Assembly: GCA_014905635.1 (NCBI GenBank)
Contig: JABVCE010000007.1
Location: forward strand, 1,116,001-1,180,000
Origin: Scenedesmus sp. PABB004
Taxonomy: Eukaryota
Direction of reading: 5' to 3'
Length of the DNA: 64,000 bases
Both the position numbers and the translations under genes were made by a program. Below, in pieces: positions 1 to 15,729 of this stretch. Position 1 is the first letter of the stretch. Each line of letters starts with the position of its first letter. The notes beneath the pieces are model-generated. The model was not told where the DNA came from, did not search any database, and was given only the letters and a program-made list of their open reading frames with translations.

Positions 1-3098
<3,098 letters not shown>

Positions 3099-4176
3099 CG
3101 CCCCGGCCACGCGCTGCCGCCGGCGGCGCTGCGGCGGGCGGCTGCTGCTGCCGCCGCTGCTGTGCGTCGCTGCCCGGCGGCCTGGCGCGCCGTGTGCCGC
3201 CACGGTCCTCTGGGCGCGGGGCGGCACCACGCCGTGTGCCAGCCAGGCACGCCCGCGCGCTGGCACCCCGGCGCGGCACCGCCTGAGCCCCGGCGCGGGA
3301 AGCGCGCGCGGGCCCGCCCGCCGGCCGCCCGCCGGCCGCGGGCAGGTGCGCGGCGGCCTGGCGCGCAGTCCGCCTGGTGCCAGCTGCACCCGGAGAGGAC
3401 GCGCCCGCGCGCCGGGGCCAAGAGCCCTGGCGCGCGTCGCCGCCGGCGCTCGTCGGGCGCGCCGCGTCCCTGGCGCCGCCCGCCCAGCAGCGTGCAGCGG
3501 TGCGCGTCAGCGCCAGCGCATCGCACCGGGCGTCTCTCCGTCCGGGCGTGCGGGTGTCGGCGCTCGCGTGGCGACGGTTCCTTGAGCCCTCGGGCCCAGG
3601 CACCTCCCGCCGCGCTCTCGAGCTCCCCCGCACCGGCCACCGCGCACGGTTGACAAGCGGTTCACGTGTGCACTAGTTTCCGCGAACACCGCAAGCCGGG
3701 TAGCACCTGCTCGCGCCGCAGCGACTTGCTGTACTGCCGGACTCGCTGCGCCGCGGGATCGCGCGCCGCCGGCCGTTCGAAGCGAGGTCAAGTGGGCGAT
3801 GCGTTGTGGCTCGCACACGGTGCGCAGCGGGCTCAGCGGAGCGAGGGCTGGTCAGCGCGTGTTCGTTGGCCCAGGAGCGCGCGCCTGCGCGCTGCGGCGC
3901 GCGGCAAGCGTGCTGGGAGGGCGATCCCATGCTCTGGGCGCCTGCCGGGACCGTCGGACCGGGAAGCAGGCGCTCAGCGGCGCGGCCAGGCGGCGATGGG
4001 CGCCCGATGGCCCGCCGCGGCGCCCTCCGCACACCAGCGGCGGCCGGGGCGCGCCGATGGCTGTCGGGCCGCTAGCTGCTATTCACCGGCCGCCGCCTGC
4101 CGCCCGCCTGCGCCCGCAGGCGGCCTGAGCAGGCCTGCGCGGGCAGCCCGCCTCCCAGCCCCTCTCGCGGCAGTGC

Positions 4177-4968
4177 ATGGCTTATCGCGCCTACGGGGCT
4201 GACTTCGACATGAGGTGCGCGGGCGCGGGCGCTCCGCAATCGCCGCAGCCTGCGGCGCGCAGCCGGCGCCGCATGGCGGCGCCGCGCGCCCGAGCAGCGG
4301 CGCGCCCGACCCCACCCGGCGGCGGCGGCGCCGGCGAGCCCCGGGCGGTCGGGGGAGCGTCGCGCAGCCTGCAGCTGCGACAGTCGTCAGCAGCACGGCA
4401 GACGCGCGGCCGCGCCGCGCTGCCCGGCGCTCGCTGCCCGCGCCAGCCAGCCGTGGCCACAGCTGTGCCGCCGCGGCCCGGCCGCCACTCACGCACGCGC
4501 CCACGCGCCGCCCGCCGCGCCGCAGGTGCACGTCCGACAGCGACCCGTCCGAGGCGCCGAGCGTGGACAGCGACGACTCGAGCGCCGCGCCGCCGCGGCG
4601 GCACCGCGCGAGCCAGAAGAACGCGCGCGCGCGCAGCGTCAAGGTGCGCACGCTCAACCGCTGGACCACGGAGGAGCACGACAAGCTCGCGTACCTCGTG
4701 GACAAGTGGGGCAGCGAGAAGAACTGGGCCAAGGTGGGGGGAGGGGGGGGGCGCTCCGCGCGACCGCAGCTGCGCAGCCCCGGCGCGCGCGGGGCGCGGC
4801 GCCGACAGCTGCGCCGCCGTCGCCGCCGCCGCAGGTCGCGGAGGAGATGCCCGGCCGCACGGGCAAGCAGTGCCGCGAGCGCTGGCTCAACCACATGAAG
4901 CCCGGCATCATCAAGTGAGCGCGGCGGCACGCGCGTGGCGGCGCGCGCGCGCGCGCGCGCCCGCGGCA

Positions 4969-5001
<33 letters not shown>

Positions 5002-7835
5002 CCGGCGGCGAGGCGGCCCGCCGCGCCGCCCACGCGCCGCGCGCGCCGCGCCCGCCCGGCGCGCAGGGGCAACTGGTCGTCGGAGGAGGAGTTCCTGCTC
5101 GCGCAGTGCCACGCGCTCGTGGGCAGCCACTGGTCCAAGATGACCAAGCGCCTGCCGGGGCGCACCGAGAACTCGATCAAAAACTTCTGGAACGCCACGC
5201 TGCGCTCCAAGTGCGCGCGCGCCGCGCGCCGGCGGCAGGGGCGGCAGGGGCGGGGGCTCGCGCGCGCGCGCGCGCGCGCCGCCGCCGGCACGCCCGGCGC
5301 TCACGCCCGCCCGCCCGCGCGCGCCGCGCGGCCCTGCGCGCAGGGCGCCCAACAAGAAGCGCGGCATGCTGTGGACGTACATGCAGATGCACGACCCCAA
5401 GAGCGACGACAACACGCTCGCGCTGCTCACCGCCGTGTCGCGCCTGCACGAGTCGCGCGAGCTCCCGCCCGCGCTGCTCGCGCAGCTCGACGCGCAGCTG
5501 CTCGACGCGCGTGGCTGGAAGGCGGTGCACAAGGCGGAGAAGGACTTCCTGGAGAACGTGGGCGGCGAGCTGCACTACCTCGCGCTGCCCCACCCCGCGC
5601 CCGGCAGCCTCGCCGCGAGCGCCGCCGCGGCGGCGGCCGGCGGCGGGCCGCCGCTCGCGTTCGGCGCGGCGCACAGCGCCGCGGCCGTGCCGCCGGCGGG
5701 CTCGCCCGACGGCTCGCCGGGCGGCTCGGGCGCGACGCGCGAGTACGCGCCCGCGCTGCGCGGCGGCCGCGGCGGCTACCGCGCGCAGCGCGGCGGCGGC
5801 GGCGGCGGCGACGCGCCGCGGCTGTGCGAGCCCGACGCGTACGGCGCGCACGCGGCCGACGACGGCAGCCACGCCGCCGCGCTCGCGGGCCTGCTCTCCT
5901 GCCCCGGCCTGCCGAGCGTCAGCGCGGCGGGGCCGGGGCACCACCACCACCTGCCGCTGCCTGGCGCGGCCGGGTTTGCGGCCATGGGCGCGCTGCTGAC
6001 GGCGCAGGACCCGCTGCTGAGCTGCGTGCCCGACGGCATCGACCACGCGGAGCTGCTCAAGCTGTTTGAGACTGGCGGCGTCACGCCGCACGGCGCGGCC
6101 GGCGGCGCCCTCGTCGGCGCCGCGCCGCTCGCCGGCGGCGGCGCGCCCGCCGGCGGCGACCTGGGCGTGCTGCCGCCGCCCAAGGAGCTCGCGCCCATCG
6201 TGACGCTGCAGCTGCCCCTCAAGCTGGAGCCCGCCGACGGCTCGGGCCCGCCCGGCAGCAAGGCGAGCACGCTCACCGCCGCCGACGCGGGCGGCGCGTG
6301 CGGCGGCCTGCCGCACCACCACCTGAGCCCCGTGACGTCGTGCGAGCCCGGCGGCAGCGCCACGTCGATGCACGGCGGCCAGCTGCTCAGCGCCGCCGCC
6401 GGCGGCCACGACCAGCAGTACGCCAACGCCGCGCTCGCCGAGTTTGCACGCCGCCAGGCCGGCGCCGGCGGCGCGGCGGCCGGCTACGACGCGCACCGCA
6501 GCGCCGACACGGCCTACGCCGGCAGCCGCCTCGCCGGCGGCCGCGCGGCGGGCGGGCACGGCCCGCAGTGCAGGTGCGCGCGGGCGCGGCCTGCGCCGCC
6601 AGGACGCCCGCGGCGCCGCGGGCGACGGCACGCCGACCCGCCGCGGCTCACCCGCCGCCGCCGCCTGCCCTTGCCCCTGCGCGCACGCAGCTGCGGCCCC
6701 TGCTCCAACTCGCGCAAGCTGCACGGCCTGCACAGCCCGAGCGCGCGCCGCAACGCGCGCAGCAATACGGCCGGCGGCGCCGCGGCGCAGCGCTTCCGCG
6801 GCGCAAGCGACGTGGCCGGCCCCGCGTTTGGCGCCGCGGGCGCCAAGCTGCAGCGCAAGGCCCCGCCGCAGAGCGACGCCGGCGCGGGCGCGCCCGGCGG
6901 CTGGCACGGCGCCGACGCGGGGGCGCCCGGCGGCTTTGCCGCGGGCGCGGCGCAGCAGCAGCTTTTTGAGAGCATCCAGGCCAGCCTCGGCGCAGGGAGC
7001 GGTGGGCAGCAGGAGGGCTTCCAGGCGTACTTTGGGCCCGGCGCGTCGGCGCAGCGCGCCGGCAAGCAGCAGCAGCCCGGCGGCAGCCAGGAGCCGCGCG
7101 CGGAGTCGCCGTTTGCGCAGCAGGCGGCCTGGGCCGGCCCCGCGCTCGGCGGCGGCGCGGAGCTGCCGACCGTGCTGCGGCCGGACGGCGCCGGCGCGGG
7201 CGCCGGCGCGGCGGCGCAGGAGGGCAGCTTCCCCGCCGAGGCGCTGGCGAGCATGCCCTGGCTCGGCAGCGCCGCCGCCGACAAGCAGCAGCCCGGCCAG
7301 GCGGCCGCGGGGGCCGCCGCCGCGCGCGCCGCCGGCGCAGCAGGGCGGCGGCGCGCCACGGCCGGCGGCGCTGCTGGTGCCGGGGCTCACCTCCGACGCG
7401 CTGACCGGCTTCCTGCTGTCGCCGCTGGGCCTGGGCCTGCTGTCGCCGCTCGGCGGGCTGATGCTGCCGCCGTCGACGCGCTCGGTGCGGCTGCCGAGCT
7501 TTGGCCAGATCACGCTCGCGCGCGCGAGTATCAACGGCGCCGACTGGGACTGGGACGCGCTGCTGGGCGCCGACCTCGCGCACAGCGTGCGCAGCGCGCG
7601 GCCGTCCGAGACGGGCGACGCCGGCGCCGCCGCGGGCGCCTCGGCGCCGCCGTCGGTGCCGCGCAGCGGCACCAAGCGCGCGCGCGCGTCGCTGACGAGC
7701 GTGGACGACGAGGCGGCGCTGCTCATCGACATGGCGCCCGCCAAGGCGCCGCGCACGGGCGAGGCCGCGCCGGCGGGCACGATCTTTGGCTGCGGCGGCG
7801 CCTGGCCGCCAAAGGACGCCGTGGACCGGCTGTGA
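4177..7835 (+). CDS. R2R3-MYB transcription factor with a long low-complexity C-terminus (apparent 1-nt frameshift near 7310)
   Basis: Spliced exons give RWTTEEHDKLAYLVDKWGSEKNWAK-VAEEMPGRTGKQCRERWLNHMKPGIIK-GNWSSEEEFLLAQCHALVGSHWSKMTKRLPGRTENSIKNFWN. The 3' end is less certain because of a frame change at about 7301-7340. Confidence 0.88.
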
Positions 7836-8988
7836 CCCACCCACGAAGAATTGGCCACACGCTGCCAACGCTTGCCGGCCGGCCCACCCGCTGGCCGGCG
7901 GGCAGGGGCGGGCGAGGGGGGAGGGGGAGGGGGCGCGCGCGTGATCGCGCGCGCCCTCGGGTTGACGGGTGACGGGGGGCTTGCGAGCCGCCGTGCTTGT
8001 GTGTAGGAGGGCTCATAGCGTGTGCATGCCACGGCCCGCCCTGCGCGGCGCCCCCGGAGCGGGCGGCGCGCGGGCGCGGCCGGGTGGGACCGGGACCGGG
8101 GCGGGGCGCCCTGGCGCCCGCGACCCTGCTCGCGCGGGGAGGAGGCCGCCGCTGGAGCGCGGCGCCTCGACCCTCCCCGCGCGACGCGGCCGTCGCCGAT
8201 GATTGCGGCCGCGCGCGCGCGGCGGCGCGGCGGCGCCTGGGGCCCGCGCTGGCGCGCCGCCGCGCATGCTGCTCTCGCTCACGCCCCACACGCGACTTCC
8301 ACGGCGCGCACGACCGCGCGCCGCGCACGCGGCCCTGGGATTCCGAGTTTCCGCAAAACTCGCCGGCATTGACCCACGACGCAGCGGCTCTAGGCGCGCG
8401 CCCACGCGCGGGCGGACAAGGCTCGGCGCGCTCGCGGCCGCGCGGCCGCGGCGCCCGACGCGCGCGGCACGCTGGCACGCACGGCAGGCCCGCCAACTGC
8501 TGCTGAACAAGCAGCCATCTTTTTTGGCCGTTGCTGGTAGCGCGCAACCCCGCAGGTGCTTCGCTCGAGTAACGAGCTCGGGCGCTCCGCGGTCCGCGTC
8601 CCGCGCTCCGCGGCGGCGGCAGGCGCAGCGTGCTGCGGCGGCAGCCGGCGGCGACCTCCCTGGACAGCACTCAGGCTCCATGACCCAGGCCGCCCGGCAG
8701 CGCCGCCGCCGCCCCGACGCAGCGGTGAACCCGGGTTCCAACCTTTTCAATTTTCGCTCGGCTCCCGCCGCCGTCGCGGAGCGCGACCTGCCACTCCGGC
8801 CGCGCGACGCGTCTCGCACCACGCAGCCACGCACGACACAGGCGCTCACCGCCCCGGCCGCGCGTCGCGCGCGGGAGCAGCAGTCGAGCCGCATCTTCTC
8901 GCCCAGCCCGGGCCGCCAGGCCGCCCCAGGGCCCCGCGGCGCCGGATGGGCGGCGGTCCAGCGGTGACCGTCTGCAGATAGCGGTGCC

Positions 8989-10201
8989 ATGCCGAAGGAG
9001 CTGCCCGTCAAGCCGGAGGAGGTGCGCGCAGCAGCAGCGGCGGCAGCGGGCGCTCCGCGCGCCCGCTCGCTGCGCCGTCCCAGCCCTGCGCCGCCCCTTC
9101 TGCTGCTCCCGCCGCGCAGCTGGAGTTCTTCGCGGAGGAGGAGCGCATCCGGATCTTCGTGGTGGAGGGCCTGCCCACCGTGCACGTCGACGGCATCCTG
9201 GTGCGCCGCCGTCGGGCGCGGCTTTCTGCCGCGCGGCCGCCGCGGCAGCCGCCGCCGCCGCGGCCGACCGCCGCCGCCGCCGCGCGGTGCGCGCAGGCGC
9301 GCTACGGGCCGTTTGAGCCCAACCGCACGCTCGAGGTGCCCATCTGGCTCGCGCTGCAGCTGCACAAGCGCCACAGCGTGAAGATACTGCTGCCCCAGTG
9401 GCTCACCGCCGCCGCGCTCACGGGTGCGCCGCGCGGCGCCGGCCCCCGCCCGGCCCCGCTTGCGCGCCCACCCCGCCGCCGCCGCCGCCGCGGCTCGGCC
9501 GCCCCGCCGCGCAGAGGCCATCGAGCAGGAGCGGGGCAGCCCCGACTCGTTCAGCGCGCAGCCCTTTTACTTCATGGAGATCGCCTGCCTGCTGCTGGAG
9601 CACGCAAAGGACTGCTTCGAGGGCGAGGACGACTTCTTCACGGTGCGCCCGCCCGCCCGGCGCAGCGCGACACAGCGCGGCACGCAAGCGGGCGCGCGGC
9701 GGGGCCGGCGCGGCGCGCGCCGTGGGCGGGCGGGCGGCGGCCGCCCGCCGCGGCCGCGCGGCGCACGACCCCGCCGCCCGGCGCCCCCCCCCCCCCCCCC
9801 CCCGCGCCCGGCGCGCGCGCCGCGCAGGTGCGCGACCGGCTCGCCAAGCTCGTCAACGTGCGGCGGCACAAGATGGAGGAGGGGCTGCACCAGATCGCTG
9901 GCACCGCGACGGTGCGGGTCAACGGGCTCGGCGCGTACGAGCTCAACCTCATGCGCTTGAACTTCACCGGCGCGCTCAACATCTTCCTCAAGCTCGAGGC
10001 GGTGAGGGAGGAGCCGGGCGCGGGCCGAGCGCGCGCGGGGCCGAGCGCGCGGGGGCCGAGCGCGCGGGGGCGAGCGCGCGGGCTGCGCGCGGGCGCCCGA
10101 CGCCGCGCGCCGCGCCGCGCTGCCCGCGCGCGCCGCAGGTCGAGGCGGCGGTCGCGGCGCCGCCGCTGGGCTCGTTCGCCACGCCCTCCGCGCTCGGCTG
10201 A
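8989..10201 (+). CDS. PSF2: DNA replication GINS complex subunit PSF2
   Basis: MPKELPVKPEE-LEFFAEEERIRI, YGPFEPNRTLEVPIWLALQLHKR, ILLPQWL, FSAQPFYFMEIACLLL, VRRHKMEEGL and GLGAYELNLMR match the PSF2 pattern. Confidence 0.93.
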
Positions 10202-10246
10202 GCGGCACGCGCGCCGCGGCGCGGCGGCGCAAGCGCCGCCGAGACC

Positions 10247-10251
10247 TGTAA
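10247..10251 (+). terminator. TGTAA polyadenylation signal of PSF2
   Basis: The chlorophyte poly(A) signal UGUAA lies about 45 nt after the stop codon, and the motif is rare in this GC-rich sequence. Confidence 0.7.
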
Positions 10252-10430
10252 CGCGCGCACACGCGGCGGCGCCGGCCCCGCGATCGTGCAGTTGCTCGCT
10301 CGTGCCGTGGCGGTGGCTGTGGGCTGCGGGACGGGGCAGCTCGGGGCCGGGGCGGCGGCAGCAGCGGCGGCGTCCGCGCCGCCCACAGCAGCACGGCAGC
10401 GAGCCAAGGTTCCCACCGCACGCGACCGCC

Positions 10431-12399
10431 ATGGAGGCAGCGCCGCTGCTGCAGATGCCGGGCTCCGCCTGGGCGCTGGTCGCACAAAAGCTGGTGGCGG
10501 CGGACCTGCTCCGCGCCGCTGCTGCCAGCCGCTCGCTGCGGGCGTGCCTGCTGGGCGTGCCCGGGATCTGGGAGGAGGCGCTCCTGAGTGTGCAGTGGAT
10601 GGAGGGCGGCGGCGCAGCGGCGCCGCAGCCGCACGACGCGCAGCACGACGCGCACCCGCAAGCCGCGCCGGACGCGCTGGCGGCGCGCGCACTCGCGGCG
10701 CTCGCGAGCGCGGCAGCCGCGGCGGCGAGCCTGCGGCCGGCGCTGCGGCCTGCCTCCTTCCACCCGCCGCCGTGGCTCGCCGCGCAGCCGGGCTCCGCAC
10801 GCGGCTTCACCCGCGTCGACCCGGGCGAGCTGCAGCCGCGCCTGGCGCTGACGGCGGACGACGTGCACTGGCTGTCGCACGGCGCGCTCACGGGTGCGCC
10901 CGCGCGCCCGCCGCCGCCGAGCTGCGCCCCCGGGCGCGCGGCCGCCGCCTACCCCGCCCCGCCCCGCCGCTGCGCCGCGCGCCGGGCGCGCAGGGCCCGG
11001 GCACACCAGCGGTGTGTTTGCCTCTGTGCTGAGCAGCAGCCCGCGCAGCCAGCGGCCCTGCGGGTTCATGGCGGCGGTCGTCCTTGACAATGCGCTGCTT
11101 GCCGAGCTGTATTTGCCCGCCGCGCGCCCCAGCGAGCGCTGGCCGGGCCTGCTGTCGCCGCGGCGCCCGCCCGGCGACGGTGCCGGCGCGGAGGCGCCGG
11201 TCGAGCTGTGGCTCAGCAGCGCCGTGTCGCTGGGGGAGGGGGAGGCGGCGGGCGCGGGGCTCGTCGGCGGCCAGGGCGGCCGAGCGCGCCGCGGCGGCGG
11301 CCACAGCGGCGTCGGCGCGGCAACGTGGCGCGACGTGCACCGCACGCTCCTCGCCTGCGTCGCGGGCAATGCCTCGCGCGGGCGCGCGGTCCGGGGCAGC
11401 AGCGTGGTGCCGCCGGGCACGCCCGCGGCCGCGCGGCTCGAGGCGGCGCTCGCGCAGCTTGCCGCGGCGGGCTGCACGCCGGTGCTGGACCTGCGGCGCC
11501 TGGACCTGTCGGCGGTGGGGGCGGCAGCGGCGGCAGCGGCGGCGGCCGCGGCGCAGGGTGAGCTCGGCGGCGGCCGGCAGCGCGGCAGGCGTCGGCGGAA
11601 GGGCGCGGCGGGGGCCGCCCGCCAGGCAGGCGGCACGCCGCCGGCCGGCGGGAGCGCCGCCGCGCCGGCGGGCCCGGGCGCTCGGCTGGCGGCCGCGGTG
11701 CGGCGATGGTCGGCCGTCACGGCCGCGGTGCAGGCGGCGGCGTCGGCGGCCGTCGCCGCCAAGCTCGCGGAGCCGGGCGGTGCCGGCGGCGGCGCCAGCC
11801 CTGGGCGCCTGGACGACGACGCAGCGGCGGACGTCCTCGCGGCCGTCGTCGCGTCGCTCCCGGCCCTGGCGCCGGAGCTGTCGCTGCTGGTGCTGCCGGT
11901 GCAGCTGCCGGGCGGGCGCGCGGGCGCACGCCTGCCCGGCGGCCGGCTGTCGGCGCCGCGCCTGCTCGCCCTCAACGTACCGTTCATCATCGCGGCCCGG
12001 CACGCCTTTGACGCCCTGCCGGCGCTGCGCCAGGTGCTGCTCATGGCCGGGCCGCCGCCGCCGGCGCCGGCGCCGGCGCCGCGCGAGGCGGCGGGCCCCG
12101 CCGCTGGCGGCGCGCTCGGCGTCGCGCGCGGCGTGTTCTCGGCGCGCGAGCTCGAGGAGCGGTGGGCGGCGCAGCTGTCGCTGGCGCAGGCGTGCGACGC
12201 GGCCCCGGGCTGGGCGGAGGACGACGAGGCCGCCTGGTTTGCGGCGCAGGCGGGGCAGCCCCCGCCGGCGCCGCGCGGCGGGGAGGGCTCCGCGCCTGCA
12301 GCCGCCGCGGAGCTGCCAGCACACGCCCTGGAGGCGCTGGTGGGCATGCTCTTGTCCTGCATGGACCGCCAGGTGGCCAAGGCGGACGACAACGGCTAG
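10431..12399 (+). CDS. Putative F-box-like protein of unknown function (one intron at about 10894-10993)
   Basis: N-terminal LLQMPGSAWALVAQKLVAADLLRAAAASRSLR resembles an F-box motif. It splices into the long open frame ending at TAG 12397-12399. Confidence 0.6.
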
Positions 12400-12691
12400 A
12401 CGGTGCCGGCAGCGCGGCGGCTGGCCGGGCGGTCTGCCGCGGTTTGGCGGCGGCCCGCGGCGCGGCGCGGCCACGCCCCCGTGATCCTTAGCTCTCCTTG
12501 CACATCCGCGCCCGCCGTCCGGGCCGCCCGCACGCGCGTGGCAGCGCAATTGCATCGCAAGCGCTCCAGGCATTCTCGCTGCTCGCGCCGCCGAGCAGCG
12601 TCGCGCCGGAACCTCAGGCTCACTGCGCAGCCGGGAAGCACCCGCGCCAGCCTCGGTGGCGGCTCGGCCGCAGCTCGTGGCCCCGCGCGCC

Positions 12692-15469
12692 ATGCTCCAG
12701 CGCTGCGCCGCCCCTCCCGGGCGCGCCCGGGCGTTCTCGAGCATGCGGCCCAGCTCTCGGAGCTTGGCGCGCAGCAACGCCAGCCGGGGGCGCGCCGGCG
12801 TCGCCGCCGCCGCCGCGGCCGTGGCAGCGCCGGCACGCGCGCCGCCGGCGGCGCCGGCCGCCCCGGGCGACGCCGTGCCACGCGGCGAGACGGCGGGCGC
12901 GATGCTGGTGCTGGAGGACGTGACGGTCCAGGCGGGCGAGCGCGACCTGCTGGTCGGCGCGGAGTGGCGTCTGATGCCGGGGCAGCGCGTTGGCCTTGTC
13001 GGCGCAAATGGCGCCGGCAAGTCGACGCTGCTCAAGTGCCTCGCGGGGCAGCGCCGCGTCGACGCGGGGCGCCTGCTCGTCGCCAACGGCGTCTCGCTCG
13101 GCTACCTGGCGCAGACGGCGGTGTCGGGCTCCACGCGCACCGTGCACGACGAGGTCCGCGCCGCGATGACCGACCTGGCGGCCGCAGAGGCGGCCGCCGC
13201 GGCCGCGGCGGCCGCGGCCGAGGCGGACGACCCGGACGCGGCGCAGGCGCTCGCGGACGCGCAGGCCGGCCTCGAGGCGGCCGGCGCGTGGGACGCCGAC
13301 CGCCGCATCGGGGCGGTGCTCAGCGGTCTGGGCTTTAGCCCCGAGCAGTGGGACTGGGGCTGCGACCGCTTCAGCGGCGGCTGGCAGATGCGCATCGCGC
13401 TCGCGTGCCTGCTGCTCTCGCCCGCGGGGCAGGCGGCGACGACCCGCGGCGGCGGCGGCGCGGCCGGCGCGGCGGGCGGCGGGCTGCTGCTGCTGGACGA
13501 GCCGTCAAACCATCTCGACGCCGCGGCGGTCTCCTGGCTGGCCAGCTTCCTTGCCGCGAGCGACGCGAGCCTCGTGCTCGTCTCGCACGACGAGGCGCTG
13601 CTGCAGGGCGCGTGCGACCGCATCGTGGAGGTGCGCCGCGCGGCTGCGGGGCGGCCGCGACGCGGCGGCGCGGCATCTGCAGCGCGGCGCACGTGCCCGG
13701 CGCGGCCGGCGCGCGCACGCGCCGACCCCCGCCGGTGGGGGCGCCGCCGCTGCCGGGGCGGCGCCGCAGGTGCGCGGCAAGCGCCTCCACCACTACGCGG
13801 GCACCTACTCCCGCTTCCTGGAGCAGCGCGAGGAGCGCGCGGCCGCGGCGGCCGCGACGGCGGCGTCGCAGGCGGCCGAGATCAAGCGGCTCGAGGCCTT
13901 TGTCGCCCGCTTTGGCGCCAAGGCCTCCAAGGCGTCCGAGGCGCAGAGCAAGCTGAAGCTGCTGGAGAAGCTCAAGCGCGAGGCCGCCGCGACCGCCGAC
14001 GCGGCGGGCGCGGGCGCGGCGGCGTCGGGCGCGGGCCCCGGCGACGCGCGCAAGGTGGGGCTGAAGCTCCCGCCGGCGCCGCCGTGCTACACGGAGGTCC
14101 TGGTGGTCGACGGCCTGGCCGTGGGCTGGGGCGCGCCGCCGCCGCCGGGCGCGGACGCCGCCGCCGCGGCCACGGACGCGCCCGCGCCGGCGCCGGTGGT
14201 GTCGGGCGTGACCTTCACCATTCAGAAGGGCCAGCGCGTGCTCGTCCTGGGGCCCAACGGCGCGGGCAAGTCCACGCTGCTCAAGGCGCTCTCGGGGCGC
14301 ATCCCGCCCTGGGCGGGCTCGGTCCGGCGCGGGCAGGGCGTGGAGCTGGGTGAGACGCCGGCGCCGCGCCGCGCGGTCGCGGCGGTCGCGCCGCGGTCGC
14401 GCGCCCTGCCCGCGCCCCGTGCGCCGCCGAATGCCGCCAACCGCCGCCGCCGCCGCCGCCGCCAACCGGTCAATTCAGGCGTGTTTGACCAGGACCTGGC
14501 GCAGGAGCTGCCGCTCGACCAGACGGCGCTGGACTACGTCTCGTCCGTCGCGCGGCGCGCCGACCCCGGTCTCACGCTCGAGCGCGTGCGCGCCGCGCTC
14601 GGCGCTCTAGGCCTGTCCGGGTCGCTTGCGACGCAGAGCATCGGCTCGCTCAGCGGCGGCGAGAAGGCGCGCGTCGCGCTCGCGGTGTTTGCGCTCGTGC
14701 CGGCAAACGTGCTGCTGCTGGACGAGGCGTCCAACCATCTCGACGCCGCGACGCTCGAGGTGCTCACCACCGCGCTGCGGGGCTTCAGCGGCACCGTGGT
14801 CGCGATCACGCACAACCAAGCGTTTGCGGCCGCGCTGCAGCCGACGCACGTGCTGCGCGTGTCGCGCGGCGGCGCGAAGCTCGAGCAGCACAGCGGCGCG
14901 CTGAGCTCGGCCGACTTTGACCACGAGCCCGCCGCCGCGGGCAAGAAAAAGCCCGCCGCCGCCGCCGGAGGCGGCGCCAAGGCCGGCGGCGCCAAGGCCG
15001 GCGGCGCCAAGGCCGGCGGCAAGGCAGACGCGGGCGCGGGCGGCGGCAAGAAGGTGCGCGGGCCGCCGCTGGGCGCGGCCGCCGCGCGCGCTGCGCGCGC
15101 TGCGCGCGCCGCGCTTGCCTCGACCCCCGCGCCGCGTCGCAGGGCAAGGCCAAGGCGCCAGCGGCCACCGCAAAGGCAGTGGGCGGCGCCAAGGCTGCCG
15201 GCGGCAGCAGTGAAAGCAGCGCTCCGCAGCGGAAGCGGACGACGCTCGCGTGGAGCGAGCGGCAGGAGTATGAGCGGCTGTGCAGCGAGCTGCAGTCGTT
15301 CACGGCGTCGCGCGACGCGCTCGAGGCCAAGGTGACCGCGCTGGCGGCCGGCGGCGGCGACCGCGCGGGCCTCGAGGCGGCGAGCGCCAAGCTCGCGGCG
15401 GTCGCGGAGGCGGTGGAGACCAAGGAGCTGCGCTGGCTGGAGCTCGCCGAGCTCGCCGGCGACCTGTGA
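12692..15469 (+). CDS. ABC-F family ATPase with an Uup-type C-terminal domain, probably organelle-targeted
   Basis: Two nucleotide-binding domains (GANGAGKST/FSGGWQMR/LLLLDEPSNHLD and GPNGAGKST/LSGGEKAR/LLLDEASNHLD), the linker YAGTYSRFLEQR, and a C-terminal LAWSERQEYERL...ETKELRWLELAE like the Uup CTD. The N-terminus is Arg/Ser/Ala-rich and transit-peptide-like. Confidence 0.92.
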
Positions 15470-15536
15470 GGGGAGAGCGCGAGCGGCGTCGCGGGGTGCG
15501 ACCTGTGAGGGGAGAGCGCGAGCGGCTTCGCGGGGG
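15459..15536 (+). repeat. 39-bp tandem duplication that includes the ABC-F stop codon
   Basis: GCGACCTGTGAGGGGAGAGCGCGAGCGGC(G/T)TCGCGGGG occurs at 15459 and again at 15498. Confidence 0.85.
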
Positions 15537-15729
15537 GGCGAGGCGCGGCGCGGCGGCGCAGGGTTTTTTCCTGGTTGACCGAGCGTGAGCGTCCGCTGCC
15601 GCCCGTCGGGTGCAGTGCAGACAGTCGCCGCTGCGGGCTAGGTGTAGGCGGGGCAGCGCGCGTCTTCGCCGTCCCAGCGGGGGTTGCCATCTCGCCGGGC
15701 TGCCCCCGCGTTGCTGGGCAGCGCACGCC

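Noticed and set aside
15459..15536. Duplicated stop codon region as a programmed readthrough signal
   Set aside because: The duplication is in frame but would add only about 13 residues, and nothing supports readthrough. Simple slippage is enough to explain it.
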